64,000 nucleotides of DNA from a bacterium (lineage in GTDB: Bacteria > Ratteibacteria > UBA8468 > B48-G9 > DTJG01): contig JAJYYV010000001.1 of assembly GCA_021800535.1 (NCBI GenBank), positions 1,389 through 65,388 on the forward strand, written 5' to 3'. Of this stretch, positions 22,301 through 32,024 are shown one piece after another. The notes under the pieces are model-generated. The model had not been told where the DNA came from and ran no database searches. It saw nothing but the letters and a program-made list of their open reading frames with translations. The position numbers were made by a program, and so were the translations under genes. The first letter of the stretch is position 1. The number at the start of each line of letters is the position of its first letter.

Positions 22301-22483
22301 TTATCTTTTTCTATAAAAAGATTTACAGAGTAAACGGGGCATTACATAGGCTACAATTTTTAGAAGACTTTGAAAATTTAAAGGATATTTAAGAAAACTT
22401 TTAATTGCTCTTGGTAATAAATCGGCTCTATTATAAGAGGGAATAATAATACTTACAAGTGGATATTGATTATTGTTTGTCAT
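22301..22483 (-). pseudogene. Remnant of a family-2 glycosyltransferase; only ~30 N-terminal residues recognisable
   Basis: The translation starts PLVSIIIPSYNRADLLPRAIKS, a classic GT2 N-terminus, then runs into unrelated sequence and a stop after 60 aa. Confidence 0.5.
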
Positions 22484-22688
22484 TTATACTAGTATATCTC
22501 AAAAGTATAATATAAACAATTTTTTGTTATCTGAAAATTTTAAGAAACTGGTAAATATTCAGCGATAAATTGACATTTGTTAATTTTTATATCAAAATGT
22601 AAAAAACAGGAAAAACGCCATTCCTTAAATTTAATATTGCGGATATCTAAATAAAATAATAACAGAAAAATTAACGGGATGATTTTCT

Positions 22689-25196
22689 ATGAGAATATTT
22701 ATATACATTTTTTTATTTGGATTAGTTATGTCTTTAGACACATCCGTTGTTTATGCAGTTGAAAACCGGGCGGTTTCAAGTGGCCGTGATGATGTTGTTT
22801 ATCTGACGCCTGCCAAAGAACCATACGAAGCTCTCCCATTAGGTAATGGAAATATGGGAGTAATGGTTAGCAATCTTACAGGGATGAATTATGTACTTTA
22901 CCCTGGAAATTTTTTTGCTTCAGCAGGTCAGAATCAATTACTTATTGCATCCGGAGAACTAACAATTCATCTGCCTGAAGAATGGATGAAAGGTTTTGTT
23001 AACGAACGACTGGAATTATATAATGCTCGTATTGTGACTAAATTTAAAACCATTAATGGTATTTATGAAGTTACATCATGGGTTATCAAGGGAATGAATG
23101 TTTTGGTGATTGAGATTAAAGGAAATAATCCTATTCCTGATTTAAAAGCTGAATTAACTATTCCAAATAAAAATAATCTACCGGTTTTGCTGCGTAATCC
23201 GAAAATTACAGTAGAACAAGGAAAAGCAGCTTTGACTACTATGGGTTTATCAGAACAAAGGGTTGCTTCACTTTTAGTTGAAAAATTAAACGGACAATTT
23301 GAGGCAAAATCAGATGGAAATAAAATTGCAATAGATATCCCTTCTGATGGGAGGAAGAAACTTATACTTTTAGTTGCAAGTCCAGTGGTCTGTGAAAAAA
23401 AAGTTTCCTCTAATGATGCCCTTAACAAAGCGCAGGAATTAATAGGAAGAATACAAAAATATGGAATCAGTTCATTTCGTAAATCGCACAATGCTTACTG
23501 GCATTCATTTTGGTCTAAGAGTTCTATTACTATGCATTCCAGGCATGGGTTCGCTGATTACCTTGAAAATCTGTATAATCTGTTTCTTTACATGATGGCA
23601 GATATGTCTACAGGACCGGATGCGCCAAAATTTAATGGTGGAGATTTTCTTTTTCTCAATAATTGGCGTTCCTGGGGAGGAGAATATTGGTATAATAATA
23701 CCCGGGAAATGTACTGGCCTTTGTTACCCAGTAATCATGCTGATTTATGGAAGCCTTTTATAGACCTATATTGGCGGCACATGTCTGTATTTAAAAAGTC
23801 AACTCATGAATTTTACGGTGTTGATGGAATCTGCGTGCCGGAAACCATGGATGGTTATAGCGGCATAGGTGATAATACCCATAATCCTTACACATGTCTT
23901 TATCTAACTTCAGGAACAGAACTTGCTTACGAATTTTATAGATATTATCTTTACACACATGATGAAACCTTTTTAAAAGAAAAAGCATATCCTATGATGA
24001 AGGATACAATTACTTTTGAACTAAACTTTCTTACTAAAGGAAAAAATGGAATTTATCATGTTTATCCATCAGATGCAAGAGAAACCTACTGGTGGATTAA
24101 GGATTCTATAACAACGCTTTCTTCATTAAAATGTGTATTGCCTATTTTAATTGATACCAGCAAAAAACTTGGTGTGGATGAAAAGGAACGTATTCATTGG
24201 CAATATGTTCTTGATCATTTAGCCCCATTTGTTATTGATAAAAAAACTAATACTTTTCTTCCCGGGACATTTCTTAATGTCTATCCTCCAACGCGTTTCA
24301 CTAAAGTTGAAGCTGTTTATCCTATTAACAAGCGGACAAATAAATCGGGGAATGCTTTTAATTGTGAGGATATTGTATGCGACCCTGTATATCCGTGGGG
24401 ACTTATTGGTTTAAATTCCTCTCAAAAGGAATTAGAAATAATGCGTAATACTTATCTTAAAAGTCCTTGGAGATGGTGGGGATATGGCAATGCGTGGAAT
24501 CCTACTGCTGTGTGGGCAGCGCGTTTAGGTATGACGGAAGAAGTAGTGAAACGTTTGAGAGAGTATGTAAACTATGTTCAGATGTTTCCTAATGGTATGG
24601 CTTCAACGCCGGGAAGGATGCCAAAAATCTGGGGTAAACAGTTGGGGGACAGTCCGGGTTTTGACTCTGCCGGGGTTATGGCAACCACAATTCAACAAAT
24701 GATGCTGCAATCTTATGATAATCTTATCAGAATATTCCCGGCATGGCCTAATGGCTGGCAATGTGAGTTTACGTTACTTGCACAAGGAGGATTTCTGGTA
24801 TCTTCTTCTATTGGAAAAAACGGGAACATCCCTATGATTAAAATTTTTAGTCAGAAAGGAGGCGTTTGCTCTATACTAAATCCATGGAAAGGGGATATAA
24901 AATTTTATTCAAAAACCGATAAAAAGATATTGAAATCAAGGAAAACAATTACTTTTTCAACTTTGACTGATGGATTATATATCCTTACTCCGGTAAAAAG
25001 CGTTGGAAAAATTTCTCGTATAAAAGCGATTAGAAACACAGGACCCAAATGGCCCCAACATATTAATGCAAATGATACTGCGGAAGATTATCTAAAAAGA
25101 GATACAGGATTTGGTTTTCTGGGTATTACCAAAGATGGTCAGAATGCTACCCTAAATATGGTTCAACGTGCTTTAAGGGCACAAAAAAAGACATAA
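22689..25196 (+). CDS. Secreted 835-aa protein, possibly a glycoside hydrolase; family not identified
   Basis: N-terminal signal peptide MRIFIYIFLFGLVMSLDTSVVYA. Large W/Y-rich protein. GC and codon usage look richer than neighbouring genes. No catalytic motif assigned. Confidence 0.35.
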   Translation: MRIFIYIFLFGLVMSLDTSVVYAVENRAVSSGRDDVVYLTPAKEPYEALPLGNGNMGVMVSNLTGMNYVLYPGNFFASAGQNQLLIASGELTIHLPEEWMKGFVNERLELYNARIVTKFKTINGIYEVTSWVIKGMNVLVIEIKGNNPIPDLKAELTIPNKNNLPVLLRNPKITVEQGKAALTTMGLSEQRVASLLVEKLNGQFEAKSDGNKIAIDIPSDGRKKLILLVASPVVCEKKVSSNDALNKAQELIGRIQKYGISSFRKSHNAYWHSFWSKSSITMHSRHGFADYLENLYNLFLYMMADMSTGPDAPKFNGGDFLFLNNWRSWGGEYWYNNTREMYWPLLPSNHADLWKPFIDLYWRHMSVFKKSTHEFYGVDGICVPETMDGYSGIGDNTHNPYTCLYLTSGTELAYEFYRYYLYTHDETFLKEKAYPMMKDTITFELNFLTKGKNGIYHVYPSDARETYWWIKDSITTLSSLKCVLPILIDTSKKLGVDEKERIHWQYVLDHLAPFVIDKKTNTFLPGTFLNVYPPTRFTKVEAVYPINKRTNKSGNAFNCEDIVCDPVYPWGLIGLNSSQKELEIMRNTYLKSPWRWWGYGNAWNPTAVWAARLGMTEEVVKRLREYVNYVQMFPNGMASTPGRMPKIWGKQLGDSPGFDSAGVMATTIQQMMLQSYDNLIRIFPAWPNGWQCEFTLLAQGGFLVSSSIGKNGNIPMIKIFSQKGGVCSILNPWKGDIKFYSKTDKKILKSRKTITFSTLTDGLYILTPVKSVGKISRIKAIRNTGPKWPQHINANDTAEDYLKRDTGFGFLGITKDGQNATLNMVQRALRAQKKT

Positions 25197-25213
25197 AATT
25201 TATATCTTAAAAA

Positions 25214-25828
25214 TCAAGAAAATTGGAATTTTTTTGTTTCAAAAAGATTTAGGCATACATCTACAACCCTGGAATCGTAAAAAATATTTTTTTTATTTGA
25301 TATTTCTTTAAGGGCAGTCTTTATTCCAAGGGCAGGTCTGTAAGGTCTGTGAAAAGTCATTGCTTCCACAACATCTGCTACAGCTATAATTTTTGCAGGG
25401 AATGTTATCATATTACTTTTAAGCCCATGGGGATATCCGGAACCATCTATTTTTTCATGATGTTGAAGTATGGAATTGGCAATAGGACCCATAAATTTTT
25501 TCAACTTTGTGGATTTTATTATTTCATATCCAATAATAGTATGTTCTTTTATAACAGAAAATTCATATGTGGCAAGTTTACCTGGTTTTCCAAGTATTTC
25601 TGCAGGAATCGCTATTTTCCCTATATCATGAATAATCCCGGCTATTTTAATTAAGGAAATATCTTCCTGGGATAGTTTAAACTTTTTAGCAATTGCACAG
25701 GATAATTGTGAAACCCTTTTTTCATGTCCCAATGTATAAGGGTCTCTTATTTCTATAATTTTTGAAATAAGGTCAACTATACCATTATAAATATTTATAT
25801 TAAATCTACCTGTTTCTATAGAGTTCAT
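25214..25828 (-). CDS. Stand-alone HD-GYP domain protein
   Basis: HEKRVSQLSCAIAKKF...IIHDIGKIAIP...HHEKIDGSGYPHGL. Confidence 0.8.
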   Translation of the reverse strand: MNSIETGRFNINIYNGIVDLISKIIEIRDPYTLGHEKRVSQLSCAIAKKFKLSQEDISLIKIAGIIHDIGKIAIPAEILGKPGKLATYEFSVIKEHTIIGYEIIKSTKLKKFMGPIANSILQHHEKIDGSGYPHGLKSNMITFPAKIIAVADVVEAMTFHRPYRPALGIKTALKEISNKKNIFYDSRVVDVCLNLFETKKFQFS

Positions 25829-25869
25829 TTTATAAAAATATTTTCTAATTTGTAATATTATATCATATT

Positions 25870-25989
25870 TTTTTAATTTCTATAAATTCTCAGACGCATT
25901 TTTTTTTATGAGCCATTCCCAAAATGCCGGGCAAAAGTCCAATCCATAGTGTAAACTACTCGCACTAATAAAAACATTTGCATCAAGAA
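25870..25989 (-). pseudogene. Truncated PIN-like (DUF4411-type) gene fragment of 39 codons
   Basis: The minus-strand reading gives MTYLLDANVFISASSLHYGLDFCPAFWEWLIKKNASENL* . This is near-identical to the N-terminus of the intact PIN gene at 27447-27944 (MAYLLDADVFIRAKNLHYGLDFCPAFWEWLIKENAAGNL). The DNA similarity is visible at 25890-25990 vs 27840-27945. Confidence 0.7.
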
Positions 25990-26041
25990 GATATGTCATT
26001 GGGTATGGACTCCTGAATCCTGGATAAGATGGATAAATGTT

Positions 26042-26662
26042 TTATCCTAATTTATGTTGTTCTCTAATGATTCTTTTCTCAATTACGGCACTTGAAACTC
26101 CAAAAACTCTGCATATTGAACTTGCAATGTACTCCCTTGCCGCATCTCCAGATTTTTCCCAATCTATAAAACCTGCTTTCTTAGCTTTTTTATATGCTTG
26201 ATGCAATTCTTGTTTTAACCTATCAGTCGGAACAAGCAATCGTCCGGCAAATTCGTATGCCTGTTGTTCAATATAAGCATACTGGTCTTCTGGTATACAT
26301 TGAACAAATTTAATCCATTCTTGAATAGAAGTATGTTTAATACTTTGATAAATATTTTTATGAAGAATAAAATGTCCAAGTTCATGGGCTATGGAAAATC
26401 GCATTCTATTAAGCATACGGTCATTCATATATTCATCCATGTCGACTATAATTCTCGTTAAGTCTCCGGTCAAAAGAGCATCTACATCACCTTCACCTTT
26501 CAATGATGCAATAGGGTCTATCTGTAGTTTAAAATACCAAAGGACTTCTTCAATTTCTATTGGTACTTTATTCGAAGGCCATGAAATAGAACGAACATAA
26601 TCAGCTTTAGCCCATACTTGTTCTGGTGTAATAAATGGCACTTTAAAACTTTGTGAATCCAT
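26042..26662 (-). CDS. ImmA/IrrE family (COG2856) zinc metallopeptidase
   Basis: HEXXH in RFSIAHELGHFILH. Start overlaps the stop of the upstream HTH gene. Confidence 0.75.
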   Translation of the reverse strand: MDSQSFKVPFITPEQVWAKADYVRSISWPSNKVPIEIEEVLWYFKLQIDPIASLKGEGDVDALLTGDLTRIIVDMDEYMNDRMLNRMRFSIAHELGHFILHKNIYQSIKHTSIQEWIKFVQCIPEDQYAYIEQQAYEFAGRLLVPTDRLKQELHQAYKKAKKAGFIDWEKSGDAAREYIASSICRVFGVSSAVIEKRIIREQHKLG

Positions 26663-27051
26663 TAATCACGACCATGTTTTCTTATTTTTTCTGCAATGCG
26701 TTTCATTTCTTCTGGTGTAGGTTTCTGTCCACGCAATGTACGGAAAAATAGAGGTAAAGATTTTTTGAGTTCATGATCAGAAAGTATGTCTTTGGGTATA
26801 ATCCCTTGGGTTGTTGCAGCAAGATCAAAAAATTTATACCAGTTATCCGTGCCTTCTTCAAGACATAGTGTAGTAGCATATCGTTCAAGAATTTTATGAT
26901 TTTTGGGTGGAGGTATCGCACCTCGTTCCATCCGGCTAATATTTGCCGGATCAGCAGCAGCTTTTCGACAAAATTCTCGTAAAGTCAAATGTTTTTGCTG
27001 CCGCAAGGATTCAAAAAATCGGCCAAATGTATCTATCTGAATGTTAGCCAT
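26662..27051 (-). CDS. XRE-family helix-turn-helix regulator
   Basis: Start chosen at MANIQ (ATG with GGAGGAG RBS) rather than the longest ORF start at 27093. HTH region LTLREFCRKAAADPANISRMERG. Confidence 0.65.
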   Translation of the reverse strand: MANIQIDTFGRFFESLRQQKHLTLREFCRKAAADPANISRMERGAIPPPKNHKILERYATTLCLEEGTDNWYKFFDLAATTQGIIPKDILSDHELKKSLPLFFRTLRGQKPTPEEMKRIAEKIRKHGRD

Positions 27052-27141
27052 ATCTCCTCCTGGTTTAATATTGTTGTAAAAATTATACAACATAAATACA
27101 TATCAAGTCAATAAAACGTATTGTGTCGAAAATAAATATAC

Positions 27142-27243
27142 ATGAAATTTGTTATAAACCCTATTATAGAGCACATACAAAAGTTCATACTCTGGCACTT
27201 TTGGATAAGAGGCACACTGGTTCAAATTGGTTGCACTTGCGGA
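27142..27243. repeat. 102-bp direct repeat, copy A; ~97% identical to 41835-41936, the 3' flank of tRNA-Ser
   Basis: Aligned by eye: atgaaatttgttataaacc...ttggttgcacttgcgga. About 3 mismatches. The two copies diverge exactly where the tRNA 3' end begins in copy B. Confidence 0.85.
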
Positions 27244-27446
27244 CGCATTCACAACCAATCCGAACCGCAGGAGAAATAGTCACCATAATCCGAATAGAAT
27301 CTACAAGTTTATTGCCGGTATATAGACAGATTGCTCAAAAAGCAACCCAATTACATCTTTTAGGAATGAATGCCTCAGAAATTGCCAGACGCCTTTATGT
27401 TGACCGCAGAACCGTTTGTAAATCCCTTAGAGTTTAATCCTTTCGC

Positions 27447-27944
27447 TTAGGGGCGGGGTCCCAAAATGAATCGTGCCCTTTCATGGCGTAACATTTCAAA
27501 AGGGGTTATACATTTAAGGCCTAATCCAATACAGGCATCAGGAATTTTTATTTTACGTGTAGAAGCAGAAGGAATTTCATGTGTAACAACGGTATGTTGA
27601 CCTGCTTTTGCCTGAGCCACGAGATAATAATCTGCGACTTGAAGAAATGTACTAACAGCAGATGGTTCATAGCGTTGACCATTTGACGCCCATGCACTAA
27701 CAATGGTTAATGCAGGAAATATAGTAGTATCAGGTTTAAGAAAAAAACTAGGACTTAGAGTTTTTGCCCATTTTGATAAATCATCTTCAAGTGCAAAAAT
27801 CTCATCACCAACTTTTTCAATACTATATAAATTTCCAGCTGCATTTTCTTTGATGAGCCATTCCCAAAATGCTGGACAAAAATCCAATCCATAGTGCAAA
27901 TTTTTTGCACGAATAAAAACATCCGCATCAAGGAGATACGCCAT
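27447..27944 (-). CDS. PIN-like nuclease domain protein (DUF4411-like), putative toxin
   Basis: N-terminal acidic PIN motif LLDADVFI. 165 aa. Start overlaps the stop of the upstream HTH-ImmA gene. This family typically pairs with ImmA/IrrE peptidases. Confidence 0.6.
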   Translation of the reverse strand: MAYLLDADVFIRAKNLHYGLDFCPAFWEWLIKENAAGNLYSIEKVGDEIFALEDDLSKWAKTLSPSFFLKPDTTIFPALTIVSAWASNGQRYEPSAVSTFLQVADYYLVAQAKAGQHTVVTHEIPSASTRKIKIPDACIGLGLKCITPFEMLRHERARFILGPRP

Positions 27945-29089
27945 CAGGTATGTACCCCCAAATTATGGCCAAGATGATTAAATGTTTCCATTTTCTTAAT
28001 GCCAAGTAAACGGAATGATTCGGTAAATGACGTTCGTCCTTCCAACGTACTGGCAATTAATGCGCGGGTAAAGCATTTGCTCATTCGTGCGCCCAACGTC
28101 AAATAAAAATCACCACCGGTTCCTTGAGGAATTTCAATTAAGCGTTTTTCTTCACGTTTATAAGCATCCTGAAAATTTGCGTATGTAAGTTTCCCAGTAT
28201 CATAAATGCGACGTAAAATTACAAGGGTGCTAACTTTGAAATATCTTGCCAATCTGTTGACCTCATTTTGCAGGTCTGCTGTTTTTTTGTATTCTTGTTT
28301 CATTAGGTCAAGTGGTACCAATAATTCAGCAGCAACTTGATTACACCAACGTTCTATATATTGATTGGGAACAATAGCGGGTTGAGCATTGGAAACGGCG
28401 GATTGGCCTAACCAGATATGAGCAAGTTCGTGTGCCAATGTAAACATTTGTGCAGATTTGGTATCTGCTCCATTGATAAATATTAATGGAGCAAGATTAT
28501 CTGATATGGCAAAACCACGAAATTCTTCAGGATCCAGGTGCCGGTGGGTATTATTATTAACTACACTATTGCACATTACCAAAATACCAATATTATCTGT
28601 TTGCTCAATAAAATGCCGAAGAGCATCTGTCCATGTTGGTATCTGGTGACGTTCATTTACATCAAAGTTTAGTATGTTCCGAATTTCTGTTGCTGTCAGA
28701 ATAATGTTATCGCGAAGATTGACAGAACCAACAAGGTTCAATGGTTTTTCGCCGTTAAAACGGGCATAATCTTGGTACCATTCTTGACGTTGCTGACAAA
28801 TATATATGGTATCTAACAAATCAGGAGATGGATGACTGAAATCTTCTTTTTCAATCGTGCGAAAATCAGGAATTGGTATTTTTTCAACCGGCGGCTCTTG
28901 AAGAAACAAATAACCTACAGGCGTATGTGTAGTATTGGCAAAAGATTCAATCTGTTTTAGTGTAGGATGCGTTTCGCCTCGTTCCCAAGCCGATAATTTT
29001 GGAAATTTACGTTCCAAATCAGAAATAATATATCCCGCTCGTTCATATGCCCAGCGTATAAGATTTGGATTAATTTCAACCCGATTCAT
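27944..29089 (-). CDS. HTH-ImmA/IrrE fusion: N-terminal XRE-like HTH plus COG2856 metallopeptidase
   Basis: HEXXH in FTLAHELAHIWLGQ. N-terminal ~70 aa are HTH-like (LSAWERGETHPTLKQIESFA). GC visibly higher than flanking genes. Confidence 0.7.
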   Translation of the reverse strand: MNRVEINPNLIRWAYERAGYIISDLERKFPKLSAWERGETHPTLKQIESFANTTHTPVGYLFLQEPPVEKIPIPDFRTIEKEDFSHPSPDLLDTIYICQQRQEWYQDYARFNGEKPLNLVGSVNLRDNIILTATEIRNILNFDVNERHQIPTWTDALRHFIEQTDNIGILVMCNSVVNNNTHRHLDPEEFRGFAISDNLAPLIFINGADTKSAQMFTLAHELAHIWLGQSAVSNAQPAIVPNQYIERWCNQVAAELLVPLDLMKQEYKKTADLQNEVNRLARYFKVSTLVILRRIYDTGKLTYANFQDAYKREEKRLIEIPQGTGGDFYLTLGARMSKCFTRALIASTLEGRTSFTESFRLLGIKKMETFNHLGHNLGVHT

Positions 29090-29165
29090 ACCAATAGTTT
29101 ATCATAAAAACAGAAAAATTTAATTAAATTTGACGGATTTTTGGGTCTGTTCAATTAAGATTACT

Positions 29166-32024
29166 CTATTTATTATGTTCATCGTATATTGACTTTAAAA
29201 ACTTATAATCAGAACTACGCCTAAAGTAAAGATTACAAATGTCATTTGCGTCTTTGATTTGTTCTTCTTTTTTTGTATCGTACAAAAATTTTACAATTGA
29301 AGATATATCTTCTTCTTTATAATCAGGATAATCAGGGGTAGCATGGTATAATATTTCTAAAAATATTTTCCCCACATATTTATAACTTGCTCCTTTGTCT
29401 TTCAATTCGTTAAGATATTCAATAAAAAAAGATGCGGTAAAATGAATATTAACATAAGGGGCTGATAACTGTAACCATTTGGCATTTTCATTGTTTATTT
29501 CTGGTAAAAAAACAGTAAGTTTAGCTAATTCTGACAAGATTTCTTTTTCTTCTTTAGAGAAAGAAGTTTTATTCTTATATTTATTTTTATAAACCCATTC
29601 CCAGAAATCAATAATTCTTTTTTTAAAACTTTCAATTTCCGGTGTCTTTTCTACTTTAGTTTTGTTTTGAATAGATTCTATAAGATAATCCCTTTGCATC
29701 CAGAAAAATCCGATTATACTTTCTATTTGTGCTGGATTCCATTTATCAAGAATTTTTCTGAATAAACCAGTAGTATTATCTATCTTTTCAATTTCACGCA
29801 AATATCCTATGCAAATATGTTGAACAAATCTATCAGCAGAATGTTCTTCATTCAATCCATAATTTAACATATTTTCATAATGCGATTTCATTAGTTCGTA
29901 TAATTCGTCATAAACATTAGCCCTGTATAAATATCCACTCATGAACGCTTTCCATAATTGTCCTTTTTCAGGGGTGATTGTTTCTATTTTCTTTTTTGTC
30001 CATTCTTTATCCATAGTGTAGAAATTTGGTAAATATACTCCAAGCCAGACATAACTTTCTACTATATTGTTAGCCAACAATTTTTCATATTTCTTCTTGA
30101 TATCTATTTCCCAACCAACGGATTGTTTATTTCCAAATTTATCCTCAATTTTTTTAATTCTGAAAGTTAACTTAATCAACGCTTCTGTTATTTTTCCAAA
30201 AGAAGAATTTAATGCATAACTTAAGAAACCGTTTCTAATAGGATGTTCTTTTAATATTTTTTCCTTCTCTGGCAGCATATTATCTAATAGGAAGAATAAA
30301 ATGTTTTGTATAGTATCAAAATGTTCTTCAGGTATTAACCATGCATCATATTCATATCCAGCCACAATAAGTTCACCTATCATATTTATTACCCACAGAT
30401 GATTTGCTTTAAGAAAATCATCTTCAGATTTATATTTGGTATTATCATTCCAGAAATCTTCTGGGTCTATATATTTTCTGATAAATTCCAAGAATTTTTT
30501 CCAATCAAATGTTTTTTTCTTCTTCCATGCATTCAATATTCCCCAAAGAATATCTGAGATATACAGATAGGCTGTTTCAAGGAAAGGTTCTAAATCTTCA
30601 ACAAATTTTTCCGGTTTTTCCTCAGCGGCTCTTTTTAAAATATCAGATAAACCGCCAACAGTTGGCCCTTTCCAAGGGTCCATTGTTCGGAATGTTTTTA
30701 AATATGCTGCCAGTTCTGTATTAGATTTCCCCAAAATATCTTCTATCGTTAATGGAGATGGACCAGGTCCTACATGTACTCCTGATTCTTCAAATCTAAG
30801 GTCTTCTTCTGGATGAGGTTCTCTGGGTACTTTGTTTTCTATAATATATTTAATATTTTCTTTTTCAGTGGGTGGAAATTTACTAAAATGTGAATCATTG
30901 AAAAGACTATTCTCTGTATCTTCTTTAATCATTTCCCAGAAAACATCTTTATAAATGTTCCATTCCATCCCAATTACATATAAAACAAGACGTTGAAATA
31001 ATGGATATGGATATTCTTTACTTAAAAATTTGTCTATTATTTTTTGTGTTGCTTCTTTATTATTTTTCGCTTTAGATAAGAAAATATCTTTTAATATCAG
31101 CGTAAGTGTTTCTTTTGGATTGGAATAAATATGTTTCGAAACATTAAATAGTGATGGGAGCCAAATATATGAATAATCATCTTTATGTTCTGGATATTCT
31201 TGTTCAAATATACCCATTAATTTATTGGCAAGATTATATATGATATTTTCGCTACACTTTTCTCCTATTTTAACGGCATTTTTTTTATTAATAAAAGATT
31301 CTATTAACCAATAAGTATCAATTGCCATTTTGGGTTCCTTTTTTTCAAAATCCAAAAATGCGAGACGAAGTTTTTCCTCATCGGTCATTTCATCTTGAGG
31401 CTTATTAAGAATGTCTGCATATTTTTCTTTCATCTCTTTTTTTTGTTGTTCAGTATATTTAGGAACCCATTTTATCTCGGTGATTATATCTATAATTTTT
31501 TCTGCTTTTTGAATATCCTGCGAAGTGGAATTATCAGAAAGAAATTTGGGCAAAAGATTTGTTGCTATTCTTACTCCTTGAGATGTGACGCCAAATTTGG
31601 AATTAAGCCAGATAGGAATTAGGTCCAAAATTTCATCACTAATTTTTTCATTTGGCAAATTTACCAGAATTTTTATGAAATATGTCCATGTGCGATAATT
31701 ATCAATATATTGCTTATTGTTATCTTTATAGCTTGATACTTTTTTTATAATATTCAGTAATTCATCAATATATTTTTCGTTTTCTGGAATATTAACTTGC
31801 TGAGAAATTTTTTCAAGATAAGGCAAAACATTCCATTGAGGGATTTTGTAGTAACCTTTTTCTTTTGCTTCTATAAAATTTGGGGCTTTATCTGGAGAAA
31901 AATAGTCTCGTTGTTTTAGGGAATCAAACCATTTTATATCAGAGATATTCTTGAAGAAGTAATCTTGATATATAGGATCTTCTATTAGTTTTAATACAGA
32001 CTGTTCTTTTGGAGTTAAGTTCAT
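29166..32024 (-). CDS. Uncharacterised 952-aa alpha-helical protein, translationally coupled to the upstream SIR2 gene
   Basis: Long ORF with no Walker, nuclease or other catalytic motif seen. K/E/Y/W-rich with a repetitive helical character. 4-nt overlap with the SIR2 gene at 32021-32024. Confidence 0.55.
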   Translation of the reverse strand: MNLTPKEQSVLKLIEDPIYQDYFFKNISDIKWFDSLKQRDYFSPDKAPNFIEAKEKGYYKIPQWNVLPYLEKISQQVNIPENEKYIDELLNIIKKVSSYKDNNKQYIDNYRTWTYFIKILVNLPNEKISDEILDLIPIWLNSKFGVTSQGVRIATNLLPKFLSDNSTSQDIQKAEKIIDIITEIKWVPKYTEQQKKEMKEKYADILNKPQDEMTDEEKLRLAFLDFEKKEPKMAIDTYWLIESFINKKNAVKIGEKCSENIIYNLANKLMGIFEQEYPEHKDDYSYIWLPSLFNVSKHIYSNPKETLTLILKDIFLSKAKNNKEATQKIIDKFLSKEYPYPLFQRLVLYVIGMEWNIYKDVFWEMIKEDTENSLFNDSHFSKFPPTEKENIKYIIENKVPREPHPEEDLRFEESGVHVGPGPSPLTIEDILGKSNTELAAYLKTFRTMDPWKGPTVGGLSDILKRAAEEKPEKFVEDLEPFLETAYLYISDILWGILNAWKKKKTFDWKKFLEFIRKYIDPEDFWNDNTKYKSEDDFLKANHLWVINMIGELIVAGYEYDAWLIPEEHFDTIQNILFFLLDNMLPEKEKILKEHPIRNGFLSYALNSSFGKITEALIKLTFRIKKIEDKFGNKQSVGWEIDIKKKYEKLLANNIVESYVWLGVYLPNFYTMDKEWTKKKIETITPEKGQLWKAFMSGYLYRANVYDELYELMKSHYENMLNYGLNEEHSADRFVQHICIGYLREIEKIDNTTGLFRKILDKWNPAQIESIIGFFWMQRDYLIESIQNKTKVEKTPEIESFKKRIIDFWEWVYKNKYKNKTSFSKEEKEILSELAKLTVFLPEINNENAKWLQLSAPYVNIHFTASFFIEYLNELKDKGASYKYVGKIFLEILYHATPDYPDYKEEDISSIVKFLYDTKKEEQIKDANDICNLYFRRSSDYKFLKSIYDEHNK

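Noticed and set aside
27123-27437. 104-aa plus-strand ORF (MSKINIHEICYKPYYRAHTKVHTLALLDKRHTGSNWLHL...)
   Set aside because: Its conserved part is simply the 102-bp direct repeat read in an open frame. The same peptide appears at the C-terminus of ORF 41540-42004, where it runs into the tRNA. It is treated as non-coding repeat sequence.
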